Positions 23,640-64,000 of a stretch of 64,000 nt of DNA are shown here, piece by piece. This DNA is from Podarcis bocagei (lineage: Eukaryota): the NCBI GenBank assembly GCA_964188305.1, contig OZ076885.1. One strand, written 5' to 3'. The notes beneath the pieces were generated by a model, which saw only the letters and a program-made list of their open reading frames with translations, was not told the origin of the DNA and made no database searches. The stretch's first letter is position 1, and the number at the start of each line of letters is the position of its first letter. The translations under genes were made by a program, and so were the position numbers.

Positions 23640-23677
<38 letters not shown>
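23640..23677 (+). repeat. (TG)n microsatellite
   Basis: Direct reading. Confidence 0.95.
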
Positions 23678-23678
<1 letters not shown>

Positions 23679-26600
23679 TGAGCAGAGATAGAAGAGCTTT
23701 AAATTTCTTTTTTAAGAAATGCTTCTCGTACCTCATTTTGTAAGCGTATTATTATGAAAACAAGCCAATCATTTCAGAATCAGTCATGTGGATTAAAAGG
23801 CCAGTTGTGTTACCACAGGCCTGGACTCACTCTAAAAATCCCTGCTCATCAGTAGCACAACATAGGAGCCATGAAAGTAAGCATTAATATTGGGGGGGGG
23901 GGTACAGTGGTACCTCGGGTTAAGAACTTAATTTGCAACCAAATAATAAAGCACAACAATTAAATTTGACTTTAATTTACACAGTCAATGCCTGTGTAAA
24001 TAGGCAGGTCTTTTAACAGATGCCAAAAGCTGCCATTTGTTCTAATTGTACCTCAGGAGTTTTAAAGCTGGGGTGCCACCACTGAAAGGTTTGATCTTGA
24101 TTCTAACATTGCATTATATTCTAGTGCATTGTAGTTTTTTTAAACAGGCTCTTATCCTCCTGGCTTAGGCCATCTGAACTGTATATGTTTCACTAAATGT
24201 GGGTTGGGTATATTATTACATAAGCGTGTACAAAGAGTGGGGGAAAACATAATGAAAATGTGGACTTTGTTGGATGCTTCCCAGTGTAAGCATCAGGGGG
24301 GGAAATCTGTATTTGGCCAGGGCTGTGTGATAGATGTATGCTCACTTGGCGAGACCTATCTCTGCGTTACATGATAATATTCTAAAATGTGGTTTGAGGT
24401 ATGCTTCAGTCTTGTGTGGATATTTCATGCCATTATTTGTGATCACTGCTAAAGCTGGCAGATGCAAGAATCATGGAAAGTCAGCTGTCGAAAAGCTTTG
24501 GAGTAGGGTCAGCCTCCAATCTGTGCAGTTTTAGGAGAATTCATGAGAGGGGAAGGGGATTTGTTTACTGCTGTGTGTTCTGTCCAGGACTGTAGCTTCT
24601 GTCAGTGGGCCTGGAGGCTTAGTCTCATCTGACCACCACATTTGTAGAGCCCTTGATCAAAGGAAGCATTTGTGCAGGGGACCACTACAGTCAGGACTGG
24701 TAAAATTCCCTGGGTACCAGAACCAAAGTTCCTAGGCACCTGCGCCTTTGAGCCATTCGGCAGCACTGGTTGTGTACATTCATTAGTGCTGGTCTTACGA
24801 CTCAAACTAGTGCTGCAAGAGCCGCTACACTTTTGGAATTTGTACTTGATCTGGGATGGCTTAGTGCCAATTCAGATGTATGCACTGCTGCGGGAAGCCA
24901 TTATTCTAAGCATCCAACGAGAAGGGCCAGCATTAGGGGTACTGTAAATATATTTAGAATTCAAAGGAATTGCTGCCAACAGTTGAATACTGTGCATAAC
25001 CAAATGTTAAAACTCCATATTCCTTTGCAAAGTTGTCTATTATTGTCCCAAACTGTTCTTAGAATGAAGAATAGGGAATGGAAAGAGAGAGTAAAAGCAG
25101 GTCATTTCTGTAGCTGATCTGCTACAGCAAGGATTATCCACTATTCTGAGGTGTCAGACCAGTTCTTGGAGGCATTGATAGGCTGGATGTGGGCCATTAC
25201 ATTGAGGTAATATCCTGTATAGCCAAGTATGTCTTGAAGTTGCACGTCTGGGAGGTGGAGAGATTGCCAGTCCTGGACAGGGTTGCACTTGCCTGGAAGG
25301 AACAGGTCTGCAGCAGGGGAGTGCTCCTGAGTTTAGCTGGAGACTCAGGTGTCCTTTATATTGAGATGGTGGATTTAGGATGCTTTGATCAGAACCACTT
25401 TAGCTACTATGCAAGTCCTGAACATTTTAAATCTGTTGGCTATAACAGCTTATGCAGGCAGAAGACGTGATGTCATTTTCACTGATATTAACTCTCCAAG
25501 TGTACTTTGCGAAGTTTGACATCATAAAGAGCTTCGGGTGGCAGCTTGAACAGTGCTTTAAATGTAATATTTGTATACTATGCAGAGTTTGAATCGTGTA
25601 GATTGTTAAAGGGTGTGTAGAGGAGTTTTCATTGGTGGCCATTCTGGAAGCTAACTTAAAATTTACATTTTTATGGTTTTGAGTAGCTTGAAGCTGAATT
25701 GCTATTGTGTTGTAAAAGTTGGGTATTACAGAGATTATGTTTTAACAGTGAAAGTTTCGAATTGTGTTGCTTTCTCCTTTTAGATCTTCACTTTTTTATC
25801 TGAAAGAAGGCTTTCCTCCCATTCATCACCATAACATTTTGTTTTCTAACATACACAGCCTTAACTTTTTAAGGTCTTCCTTTTTAAAAAAGGAAAAGAG
25901 GAATATTCTTGAAGCTTAGTTTGCAATGTATTTCAGAGAAGGCTGAAAATATAACTAGAATTAGGAAGTGAGAACGGTGATTATTTCAATAAGTAAGAAC
26001 TACAAAGAGGAGCCATATGTTGTACCCCTTTCTATAACTGTCACTTCTGTAGAAGGAGGGGAAAGTTTATAATCTGAAATTGTCTGTGTTAAATCTCTAG
26101 TAGCAAGTTCTGTAAACTAACGAGTCTTAACATCTGTAGAACCCCTATTGCTGAGTCAGCTTTGCCATATTTTCCATATGTCTGACAAGGTAGAATCTGC
26201 AAGACGTTTAGTCAGTGAATTCCATACATTCCTCAGACAATAGTCACCTCCCACTTTTGGTTCCCAGCAATTCAAAGACATTCTTTATCTGAACCTGGCA
26301 GCCACCATGATGTTTAGCCATTTATACATGAGACTGAGGCCCACCTCCATGCAAGTATATGGAGGGTATCCTTTTTCTGGAAGCTATCATGAAAAAAGAC
26401 TGCAGGGAGGATTCTGTTAATGTTCATTTGGGGGCTTGGTATAAAGAGTTATCTGTTTTAGCAGGAGTAGCCAACATATAGTCCCATGATCAAGGACGAT
26501 GGCTTTGTAGTCTGTAAAATCTGGAGGGCACCAAGTTTGTGGCCACTGCTCTGGACTGCATTGCATGATATGAGGAGCACAATGAGTTCTAGAGGTCTCT

Positions 26601-27015
26601 TTGATTCTGTATAGGTCCTGTTCAAAATGGGCCTCCAAATAAGATTTAATAGGAAGGAATCCAATATGGGATGGTCTGCTCACTGGTGCTTTCTACTACC
26701 ACATGGCAGTGGGACTACAGCTGTGTTATATATGTACATATATAAAAACCCTTTATTTTGTGACTTACAGGAATGGGAAGGAAAGTCAGCGTCGTTTCTG
26801 TTTAAAACAATAAGCTAGCTGAAACAGCCATTCATCAGAATTGTTCTCCATTCACCAAAATTATTTGCGGTGCAGTTTTCCAGCCAAGTAATATGTACAA
26901 AAATGCATATTTTAGGGAACATACAAAAAGGTGTTATTATGGCGGGGGGTTAAAGTGAAACTAGGCTTTATTTCACCCAGGTCAAAGACCCAGTTGTCAC
27001 TCCCAAAGTGCATTT

Positions 27016-27018
27016 GCG

Positions 27019-27059
<41 letters not shown>
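27016..27059 (+). repeat. Compound (GC)n(AC)n microsatellite, potential Z-DNA
   Basis: GCGCGCGCGCGCACACAC... alternating purine-pyrimidine tract. Confidence 0.9.
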
Positions 27060-27061
<2 letters not shown>

Positions 27062-28361
27062 GCTGAAAGCCCCAATGGCGCCCCTCTGGAGGCTTCACCT
27101 GGGGCAAAAAATGGCTAGCCCTCCTGGGGAGGGGTAGCTTTGCAAAGAATGTGTGTGTTAGAAATTAAAAATTAGATGGGGGAAAATAATAAATGATGTG
27201 GAAAACTGAATTTAAGATTGAAATAATGAGAAGCAAAAACGAACAGATGTGCCCATCCCTTACTGACTTATCTCACCTACTTGAGTTGTCTGCTTCGGAT
27301 TATTTGTACTTGTGACACAGCTGTCTCCGATTGCGTTGGGTCTGTAGTGGATGGCATTGCTTGGCAGCAGGAGCTTATGGGCACATGTAGTGACTTCTGT
27401 GGGGGTTTTCCCTGGCGCCCCCCCCCCGCCACTACTTTTTAAAAAAGACAAGCATATGCAAAGCTATCCTTGATATTCCCCGCTTTTGTACAGGGCTAGG
27501 GATGTGTGCGTGCAAATTCAGTATTGATAGTGCTCAGCACCATGTACACAAACAGATTTGCGAAGTGCATGTTTTGGTGAACTCTGGTAATGCAGCACAA
27601 GAAGAATCTTAATGTTAGGGTTTGTTGTTTTTTTTAACCTACTTGCCATTTATTCTTGGTAATATTCATCTGCTGTGGCATTTGCCTCTGGCCACCAGTA
27701 TGATTGCCTTCATAAATACTGGTGGGAGAATAAATGTGAATGCATCTGTCTCCTCGGTAACTTTGTAATAAGCCTTGGGAGGCAACAACAGTGGGTTGAA
27801 GTTGTACATTTGTACAGATCTTATTGGTGTTTCAAATGAAAAAGCAGCCTTGATGCCTCACCATGACCTTGTCAGTCAGAACCACTTAAAAACTTGATGT
27901 TTCTGTCTGTTAAGACTTCAGTATCACACTTTAAGTTAAAGTTCTATGATGGAGGAACCTTTCCTGGACTTGGAAAACAACTTGTCCATGGCACACTGAA
28001 CTGTTACCTCTGTGAAGCGAGTTTCCCCATTAAAAAAATACCAGATATTTATAGTGAAACCTGAGAAGGCTGGTTGTTAGTGTGTGAGGCAGGGAGGATT
28101 TAGTAACCAGTACAATCTGTGGCATCTTAAATTAGCTCAGCCAACTACTCCGGACGGCCGCCAGTTGCCTGCACCCGTGCCATTCTTCCTCCCCTCCCCC
28201 ATGCTACTATAACAGTTGTGCCAATCTCCACAGCAGGAGAGGGAAGGGACAAATAAAACCACATGTACTCCCCTCATAGTGTTGCCTTGTTTATAACTCT
28301 TCGCCCTCCTTTAGGGTTGCTGGCTCTGAAGCGAGAAAGACCAAGGAGAACCATGTGTGAA

Positions 28362-28595
28362 CAGTCATACCTCGGGTTAAATGTGCTTCAGCTTGAGCGT
28401 TTTCAGGTTACGCTCTGTGGCGACCCGGAAGTAACGGAGCGCGTTACTTCCGGGTTTCACCGCATGCGCAGACGTTCAAAATGACGTCATGCGCGGAAGC
28501 AGCGAATCGCGACACGCACAGATACGGGTTGCATTCGCTTCAGGATACGAACGGGGCTCCGAAACGGATCCCGTTCGCATCCAGAGGTACCACTG
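28362..28595. mobile_element. CpG-rich Tigger-like MITE
   Basis: CAGTCATACCTCGGGTT...ATCCAGAGGTACCACTG|TA. Confidence 0.8.
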
Positions 28596-28744
28596 TACTT
28601 TCATAGAGCTGCCCTCCTTAAGATGGAGCTATGTAGTGATCTAACTTGCTGAGGTAGCCTGCTGTTCTCAACAAGCCTGTCACAAATAAGTCTGTAGTGT
28701 GCTGCTAAAGGACATATGCACCCCCCTGTTCCTTGTTGCGGGTT

Positions 28745-28962
28745 TTTGTTTGTTATATTTATACCCCACCTTCTCCAAGGAGTTCAAGATGGTATATACC
28801 ATTCTCCCTCTCTTCATTTAACAACAACAACAACAACAACGTCTTGAGGCAGGTTAGGTTGGGAGGCTAAGTGACTGGCTCAGTGTTGCCCAGTGAGTTT
28901 CATGGCTGAGTTGGGGGGGGGATTTGAACTCTGGTCTTCCAAGTCCTAGTCAGACACTCTCA
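28745..28962 (-). mobile_element. tRNA-derived squamate SINE (Squam/MIR-like), reverse orientation
   Basis: TTTATACCCCACCT...CAACAAC...GAGGCAGGTTAGG...GTGACTGGCTCA...CCCAGTGAGTTTCATGGCTGAG...GGATTTGAACTCTGGTCT (B-box-like). Confidence 0.6.
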
Positions 28963-29688
28963 CTTAGGATGGTCCAACTTTTCATACCAAGTGGGCCACG
29001 GTAGACACGGAACCTGTAGGCCACACAATGCTTTGTCATCCAGGGGGGAGCGAGGGCTAAATATGATGCCCTCCCTAGCTCTTTCATTGGCTTTCCTAAA
29101 GCCCTCCCATCTCTTTCCCAAAGCTGGGAAAGTGCTAACTAGGCTTTTGGAAGGACTCCATCAGAGCCCTCATATCTCCTTCCCAAAGCCCAGCACCTCA
29201 CTTACCCAGGTTTGGTAAGGCTGCGGCGGGAGGTGTGCGTCAGATGTTGTAGAGTAGGCATGTCCAACAAATTGTGATCTACCGGTAGATCATTGGACGT
29301 CTGTGGTAGATCACCAGTAGATCACTGCCCCCCTAAAGAAGCTCATCAACTTTTGCTCCCCTAAAAGAAAGCTCAAAAACTTTGACCTGAACCCCGAAAA
29401 ACAGGGGTTTCCATCCTAAAAAAAGCTCAAAAACTTTGACCCGAATCCACCCATTTGATGCAATACTTCTGAATGTTCAACATGTTTCACAAATCTTGAT
29501 TGTTATGGACACCCTGTAAAGTAGATCAGCGTTACATTGGATATAGGTGTATGAGTTTGGGAGTGGCTGGCCTTGGAAAGCAGAGGGAAGAAGGGGGGAC
29601 ATGCCAGCAATTGGGAGCCAAATTTAACAAATCTGGGCTGGGCAACCAGTATTGCTCCTTGTTCACTTCCTGCCTGCTAGTCCTTAAT

Positions 29689-29825
29689 CAGGCATCTCCA
29701 AACTTGGCCCTCGAGATGTTTTGGGACTACAACTCCCATCATCCCTAGGTAATAGGACCCAGTGGTCATGGATGATGGGAATTGTAGTCCCAAAACATCT
29801 GGAGGGCCGAGTTTGGGGGTGCCTG
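29689..29825. mobile_element. hAT-type palindromic MITE
   Basis: TIRs CAGGCA.../...TGCCTG with a perfect 8-bp TSD TCCTTAAT at 29681-29688 and 29826-29833. Confidence 0.88.
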
Positions 29826-32800
29826 TCCTTAATAGTCACTAGCTAGTTATTCACCTCTGGAGCCATTGGCGATGTCCAGCCGGAGCAGCAGCCTTCACCC
29901 AAGCTCCATTGCACCAATGCTGCAAACAGTGTCAAGAGTCAGCCTGATAGTGCATATACCTGCCGACAGGATCAGCACAGGGTGACTGTTGAAGCAGGTG
30001 TGCACTCAGGAGGGCCATCCCTCAGTGGCGGAGTATCTGCTATCATGCAGAAGATTCCAGGTTCAGTCTCCAGCACCTCCTGTCTGAAACTCTGGAGAGC
30101 CTCTGCCAGGCAGTGCAGGCGATACTGAGCTCTGATGAGTCTGATGTTGGTGCAAAGCAATTCCCCATGTTTCTGCACTTTGATAGGGAAAGTGCAGTGC
30201 TACAACTGCAGTTCTGGAAGTCTCAACAGCTGTGTTTCAGCGAATCCACTGGTGTATTTAGCTTGAAGCTTTGATATGATTCTGGGCCACACTGTATGGT
30301 GTGTTCAAAGTGGGTGCCCTTGATGGAGCAATGTCACAGACATAAAGTGTGCTAGGAAGCAGTATGTGACACTCTCAAGCTCATCCTCTAAATGACGTCT
30401 CAGGGCAGGGACTAGTGATTACCTGGAAAAATTAAGCAAATTTTGCTGCTTCCCTGGTGATGCCGATATTGCTTTGGCGTTACTAATAGAGAAGTATTTA
30501 TGCCGACATTGCTGTTTTCCCTGACACTATAATGTGGTGATCAAGGTTGGATGCTAGTCATTAATGGGTGGAATCAGGGATGTGGGGTGGGGAAAAAATA
30601 TATTTTTCAGGGTTAAATTTATAAAAATGCTTCTTCATAAACGAATGGCTGGTTGCAGTACCAGTCAAATTGTGCGGTTTTCACACAGGCTTGCAGATTA
30701 TCCCTATGAAGCACACAGGTGTTGTTGTTTTTAGTTGTGCTTAACACACCCCAAAGGTTATGCATGATGTATCCGTTTTCTAAGCATTTGTTTTGCTTAA
30801 ATTTTAAGCAGTGCAGGGAAGCATATACGTTGCTGCTGCTGCTGCTGCATTTGTCTTGTGTCTTTAAAAAGATACATATTAGCTTTTAGTTTGTTTGAAT
30901 ATAGCATTTAAACCACTGTAAGTGCACTTAATTGATTTTTTTTAATCACATACTTTAGTTCAGCTCCTCTCAGCATTTTGAACATTTTTATGGATTTATA
31001 CAGTGCATAAATTGAACATGGTGTACTTTAAACAAAATTAGTATTGGGGGTTTGGAAAACTTATGGGTTCAGTTTTTTAAAGAGAAAAAAACCACTGGGG
31101 AAATCAATCCAAAATGGCCTAGCATTCCAACCCTTTTGTTATAGGTACCATCAAACTTTTAGACACTATGATTGATTCTGATACCTTGGGATCTGATCAG
31201 AAAGGACTTGAGAGCCTGCAGTGTGCAGTTTCTTGTCTTTGTAAACTAAAACCCAGTGTTTCTGTAGGGGGGTCAGCCTGCAACTGTAATTGCCTTTTAA
31301 TGCCTATGCTAGCCGAAAACGTTTGTTTTTAACTTTTTCTGTTTTTACTGTATGGTTTTATGCATTTTGTTATAAACCGCTCTGATACTTTTCATGAAAA
31401 AGTCTATAATTTTTTAATAAAATAAATAAATGAATGAATAACACAATCTTTCATTTCTGGAAAGCATATCTGCTTTACCGAATTCATCTTGATCTACTTG
31501 TTCCTAGTGAACTTTCGGTTAATGAACTTTCAGAATAATACCTGGGCCTAGTTCCCTTTTATGCATACCATGTGTGTATAAGGAGATTGCTCTTGAAGTC
31601 TGAACCCTGATGAAAACTATCTAAAATTGCTTGACAGCCAAGAATGCCTTTATTTGTTCTGGAGTTGTCCTCCAGGTAACAGCTTAACATATTTGTATAT
31701 ACAAAGAGCAAATATTAAAATACTCAACAGGCACTGTAAAGTGAAATGAAGCGCTGGCTCCTTTGAAATCCAATAAACTCACAATAGCCAAATCTCTGCA
31801 TTAAGGTAGCTGGAGCATAAAAAGAAGTTCTGATATGATTTGGGGGAAACTTCAAGACTGAACAAGACACCATAGTTTACTTAAGCAGAACAGTCCTCAG
31901 TGAACAAACCAGGCTTTGGGTCATATGTCTGTTAGGATATTTCCGTTCCACCTTAAAAAAGGGGACAGGCTGTTGTGAGTCACAGCCTACGTATTTCCTG
32001 CTCACAGGAAGTTTCTGTTTGTATATGCTTTCGTTTTCTCTCTGTGCCTGAGACATCAACGCAGGCAGTCATGTTTTTCTTTGTTCTGACCAACGCCGAA
32101 TAAAATTGTAAATAATGCTCTCCTGCGTGCATCTTTCATTGTGCGAACTCTGCTGATAGAGCGTGCAAGAGCTCTGGAATGTGGGAAGCTATTTCTGGGG
32201 CTCATGTCGCTAATTAACTGATACTGCGTTTCTACGAGAGATCGCTGGATCGTCCGGAGATGGCATGGGGCTTGATGGCCTTTGTCTCCCTGGCAGTATC
32301 CCAACAATGTCTTCATTTTATAAGCATATGTTGTATTGTGTTGTGTTGTGATGTGCTGTGCTGTGCTTACATGCTCTGGGAATGCTTTTATATATTCCCA
32401 GTTCGAGAAATATGTAACTCAGCTGTGTGCTTTTCTAGTGTAGCACAAGATTGTTAATGTCAATCTTGCTGGAAAATGCCCCTAAAATTGATAAGGTGTT
32501 GTAAAATGTTTTTCTGTTTTAACAGTTGACAGTGCATATATGCTTTCGGGGGGGGGCATTGTTTACTGTGCGCAGAACATTTTTCAGTGAGTTATGAATG
32601 TGCTGTTGCAATGCACATTATGTTGTATGAGCACCATGTTTTGAAGCAAACACTGTTTTGCCCCACAGAACTAAAGCTAATAATATATTTTTAGTTTTGC
32701 AAATGGAATTTTCTAATCTTTTGAATAAACTAATACAGTATTCACCTACGCTTGCCAACAAAAAAATATTCTAAATGTTAGCCTCTTAAATGTTCAGCCT

Positions 32801-33988
32801 TAAATTAAAAGTTTTCCTAAATCATTCTTCCTCCCTCGCACCCCAGAAATAAAAATGTTGGAATCCACTCTTTTATTTCTCTGGAAACTATTACATTGTT
32901 GTTTAGATCACACAGAGACATGTGCGCACCTACTTTTTTCAACAGTCAAAGCATGAAAAATTAGGGCTCATGTCTATCTGCACTGTCTCCCAGTTTGATT
33001 TTGGCTTGGACGCTAACTCTTAAACTGGTTTATCCCCTCTGATTCATAACATTGCATCACTAAAAATTTTATTGCACCAACTAAGACAACTGTGACTATG
33101 TAACTCAGATATTACACATGTTACATCCTCATATCCGGTCATGTTTGACTACTGAGGACACAGAATATGAGTGGCTTCAGACGTTGAACAATTGAGGGAA
33201 ACGGAAAGTGCAAATGAACTTGTGCTTCCTGTTTTTATGCTTCTGTTTTAACACATAAAGCAGGGGTTCATTCATATCTTCCTCATGAAAATGCATGTTC
33301 TGTCTTCATTTGGAGCTCTCACTTGATCCCATAGGGGAAGAGGTGTTCATTCCACTTCAGAAGTTACACAGAATTATGGAAAAACAGAAAGCAAAGCTGG
33401 ACTCCAGACAGTCCAAAGGAACGAGGAAAGGACCAGTTACAAGTATACTCTGAAAAGTAATGTAATCCACCCAGACATTTCTGACCCAAACCCTGGTCAC
33501 TCAATTTATTTGAAACAAAACTTTAGCCCAAAACATGTACTAAATTCTACATTTCCCTCCTTCTGTCCTCCTCCTGTAAGAAAAGAAAATGCTTTCTTCT
33601 TCTTCTAGGAAAGATAGGTGCTGGTACTCACCATGAAGTTGTTACAATAAGTGCCACACTTCTAAATGACAAAGAGTGATGCTGGTACTGTGTACCCTTG
33701 AGTACCCCCTTTTTTAAAAAAAGTACAGCCTAGGATCAAGGTAAATGCAGAAACTTGATAGAGCAGGTCTCCATTTCTATACGGTTGTCCCCAAACAAAT
33801 CTTCTGAGCACTTGTTACATAATGCCTTACTTTGCATGGTTGCCAGCTTTGGTGTGCGGATAGGGTTCAGTTTGGGTTCAAGGGGAGCAGGTTTAAAGTT
33901 AGACTGAGTTCCGGTTTACTGTATCTCTGACCTAGCTTTTGAGTTCAACTTTGTGATTACAAATAGGAACCCAATTCCATGCACTCGG

Positions 33989-33991
<3 letters not shown>

Positions 33992-34028
<37 letters not shown>
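33992..34028 (+). repeat. (CT)n microsatellite
   Basis: Direct reading. Confidence 0.95.
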
Positions 34029-34030
<2 letters not shown>

Positions 34031-34899
34031 GTTTTCTCCCTTTGCACCAGCTGGGAGGGATTGCTGCTCGCAGGATCTGTTCAAATAGCACAGTAACCCA
34101 GGTTCTAAACCAGCTATGTCCATGTCAGCCGTGATATTAATACCCCATTCCGGGAAAGAGGCAACACAGAAGCGATTAGGAGTTATGGCATTTATTTATT
34201 TATATTGCCTTCAAGCAATACATAATGATATTATGCTTGGTAGTGTCTTAGTTCCTCCTTAGAAACACCTTTCAGGTGAATACCAGTGGCACCATCGAGA
34301 TAAATACCTTGCTTGAGGCTGCTGTCACTAAAGGAAACTGTTACGCTAAAACTCCTAGGTCCCATTATGTGTGAATACTTTCTTATGAGCAACTTTGAAA
34401 TGACTTCACGTGGATAATTCATGCCGTGAATGAATAGTTGTGTGCATTAATTATTGGCAAAACCGAATATTTGCATTATTTGTGTTTATCTAGTGTGAAA
34501 AGGAGAGACATGTTGTTAGAAATTCTCCATTATTCTTTATGGAACCTGCCACTTTTTAATCCACAATGCCCCCAAGATGATACTTGGTCTGGGACATTAT
34601 GAAGGATAGAAAATGTAGGCCCAGTTACCAACACAATTCCTGCAATGGCAGCAAAAAGTAAAACATTGGGAAAGAAGCAAGGGTTGTGCTGATGTCGCTA
34701 CTAATGATGAGCCTCACCCCCAAGAAATTCTATCTGGTGAATGTTTAGCAAAATGATCCCCCACAAATTGGGTGAAGATTTGGGGGGGGGCTGTATTTGC
34801 TCAGCTTCCCTCCCACTTTTCATTGAGAGGAGCTCGATTAACAACATATATGGGCTTCCAATGTAGCATATCCTGGACATGACCAGCCCACCTAGACAT

Positions 34900-35252
34900 G
34901 GTAAAGGCAAAGGACCCCTGGACGGTTAAGTCCAGTCAAACTTGACTATGAGGTGTGGTGCTCATCTTGCTTCAGGCCGAGGGAGCCGGCGTTTGTCCAC
35001 AGACAGTTTTCCAGGTCATGTGGCCAGCATAACTAAACCGCTTCTGGCACAATGGGGCACCGTGATGAGTGCCAGAGCGCACAGAAGCGCCGTTTACCTT
35101 CCAGCCGCAGCGGTACCTATTTATCTACTTGCACTGGTGTGCTTTCAAACTGCTAGGTTGGCAGGAGCTGGGACAGAGCAACTCAAACTGCCGACCTTAC
35201 GAACTGCAAGCCCAAGAGGCTCAGTGGTTTAGACCACAGTGCCACCCACGTC
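34900..35252 (-). mobile_element. Sauria SINE
   Basis: GGTAAAGG (reverse of the ACCTTT tail), GGACCCCTG..GTTAAGTCCAGT, GGGAGCCGGCGTTTGTCC, GGTCATGTGGCCAGCAT, CGGTACCTATTTATCTACTTGCAC. Confidence 0.85.
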
Positions 35253-35833
35253 TCTCTCTCCCCCCCCCCAAGCAAAGTTGAAACAAGTGGTATGGGCTTT
35301 ATGGGAAAATTTGAATTGGGAAATTTTCTGTTTCAAGTTAGAAAGTGGCTGACCTGTGGCTCTCCAGATGTTGGTGGACAACTCCCATAATCTGTCACCA
35401 ATAACATCTGGATGGTCACAGGTTAGCCACTGCCCTCGTAGTAATAATAATAATAATAATTAATAATAATTTAATTTAATTTATTTGTACCCTGCCCATC
35501 TGACTGGGTTGCCCCATCAAGGTATTATCTCCTATATGGTTGCAGTTTTAAATAGCTTTCCTTTAATAGTCTTTTTGACCATATGTGACTTGGGTTTCTA
35601 AAGTACAATAAATTTGGTTACTACACATATCAATACTTAAAACTTGCTTTACAGTTTGTGAGATTCTCGATGATTGCCTTTTGAAGCTTTCCTTGCACAA
35701 ATGACTTGTATGTTGTTGAAAGAAGCAAAATAACATTTGTGAAAACAATAGATGCTTCGACCAAATCAGATTCCTGCCAACAAAATAATTTATTTTGTTC
35801 CTCTCCAGTAATTAATTTGTGTTTTTGTTTCAG

Positions 35834-63874
<28,041 letters not shown>

Positions 63875-64000
63875 GTGAGTACAACTAACTGTTTAAATAG
63901 CACAAGTAGTCATGAGTAGGGATGAGGCAGAATTTTGTTTTGGTTCACATTTTAATGCAAATCTACTTAATTCACATGTCCTAAAAATGCAAGCTGAAGT

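Noticed and set aside
27075-27095. CTCF-like motif (CCTCCAGAGGGGCGCC on the minus strand)
   Set aside because: The spacing is imperfect relative to the consensus and it lies in a probable repeat fragment, so it is not supportable without ChIP data.
1-35833. JAG2 exons 1-2 or a nested protein-coding gene in the first 36 kb
   Set aside because: I found no signal peptide or MNNL N-terminal sequence, no promoter-type CpG island outside mobile elements and no credible exon chain. The short ORFs look random or repeat-derived.

Overview
Vertebrate (squamate, probably lacertid lizard) genomic DNA lying entirely within the Notch-ligand gene JAG2 on the + strand. Bases 1-35833 are the distal part of a long intron (intron 2 by homology). 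Thirteen coding exons follow (exons 3-15 by homology: end of the C2/MNNL domain, DSL, EGF1-EGF11). All have canonical GT-AG sites and join into one continuous reading frame. The introns are dense in squamate-type repeats: CR1, L2, BovB/RTE, Sauria SINEs, tRNA-derived SINEs, and hAT and Tigger-like MITEs. The most unusual structure is at 9.4-13.4 kb. Two young, TSD-flanked fold-back Penelope-like remnants there carry minimal type I hammerhead ribozyme motifs on both strands. A complete 1.84-kb ORF2-less L1-like element with its own ~200-aa ORF has inserted exactly into the catalytic core of one of these motifs. Other points are non-canonical residues on the Notch-binding face of the DSL domain, a hairpin plus RBFOX motif upstream of the EGF6 exon, and candidate intronic regulatory elements. 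Repeat family names come from recognition, not from database searches.
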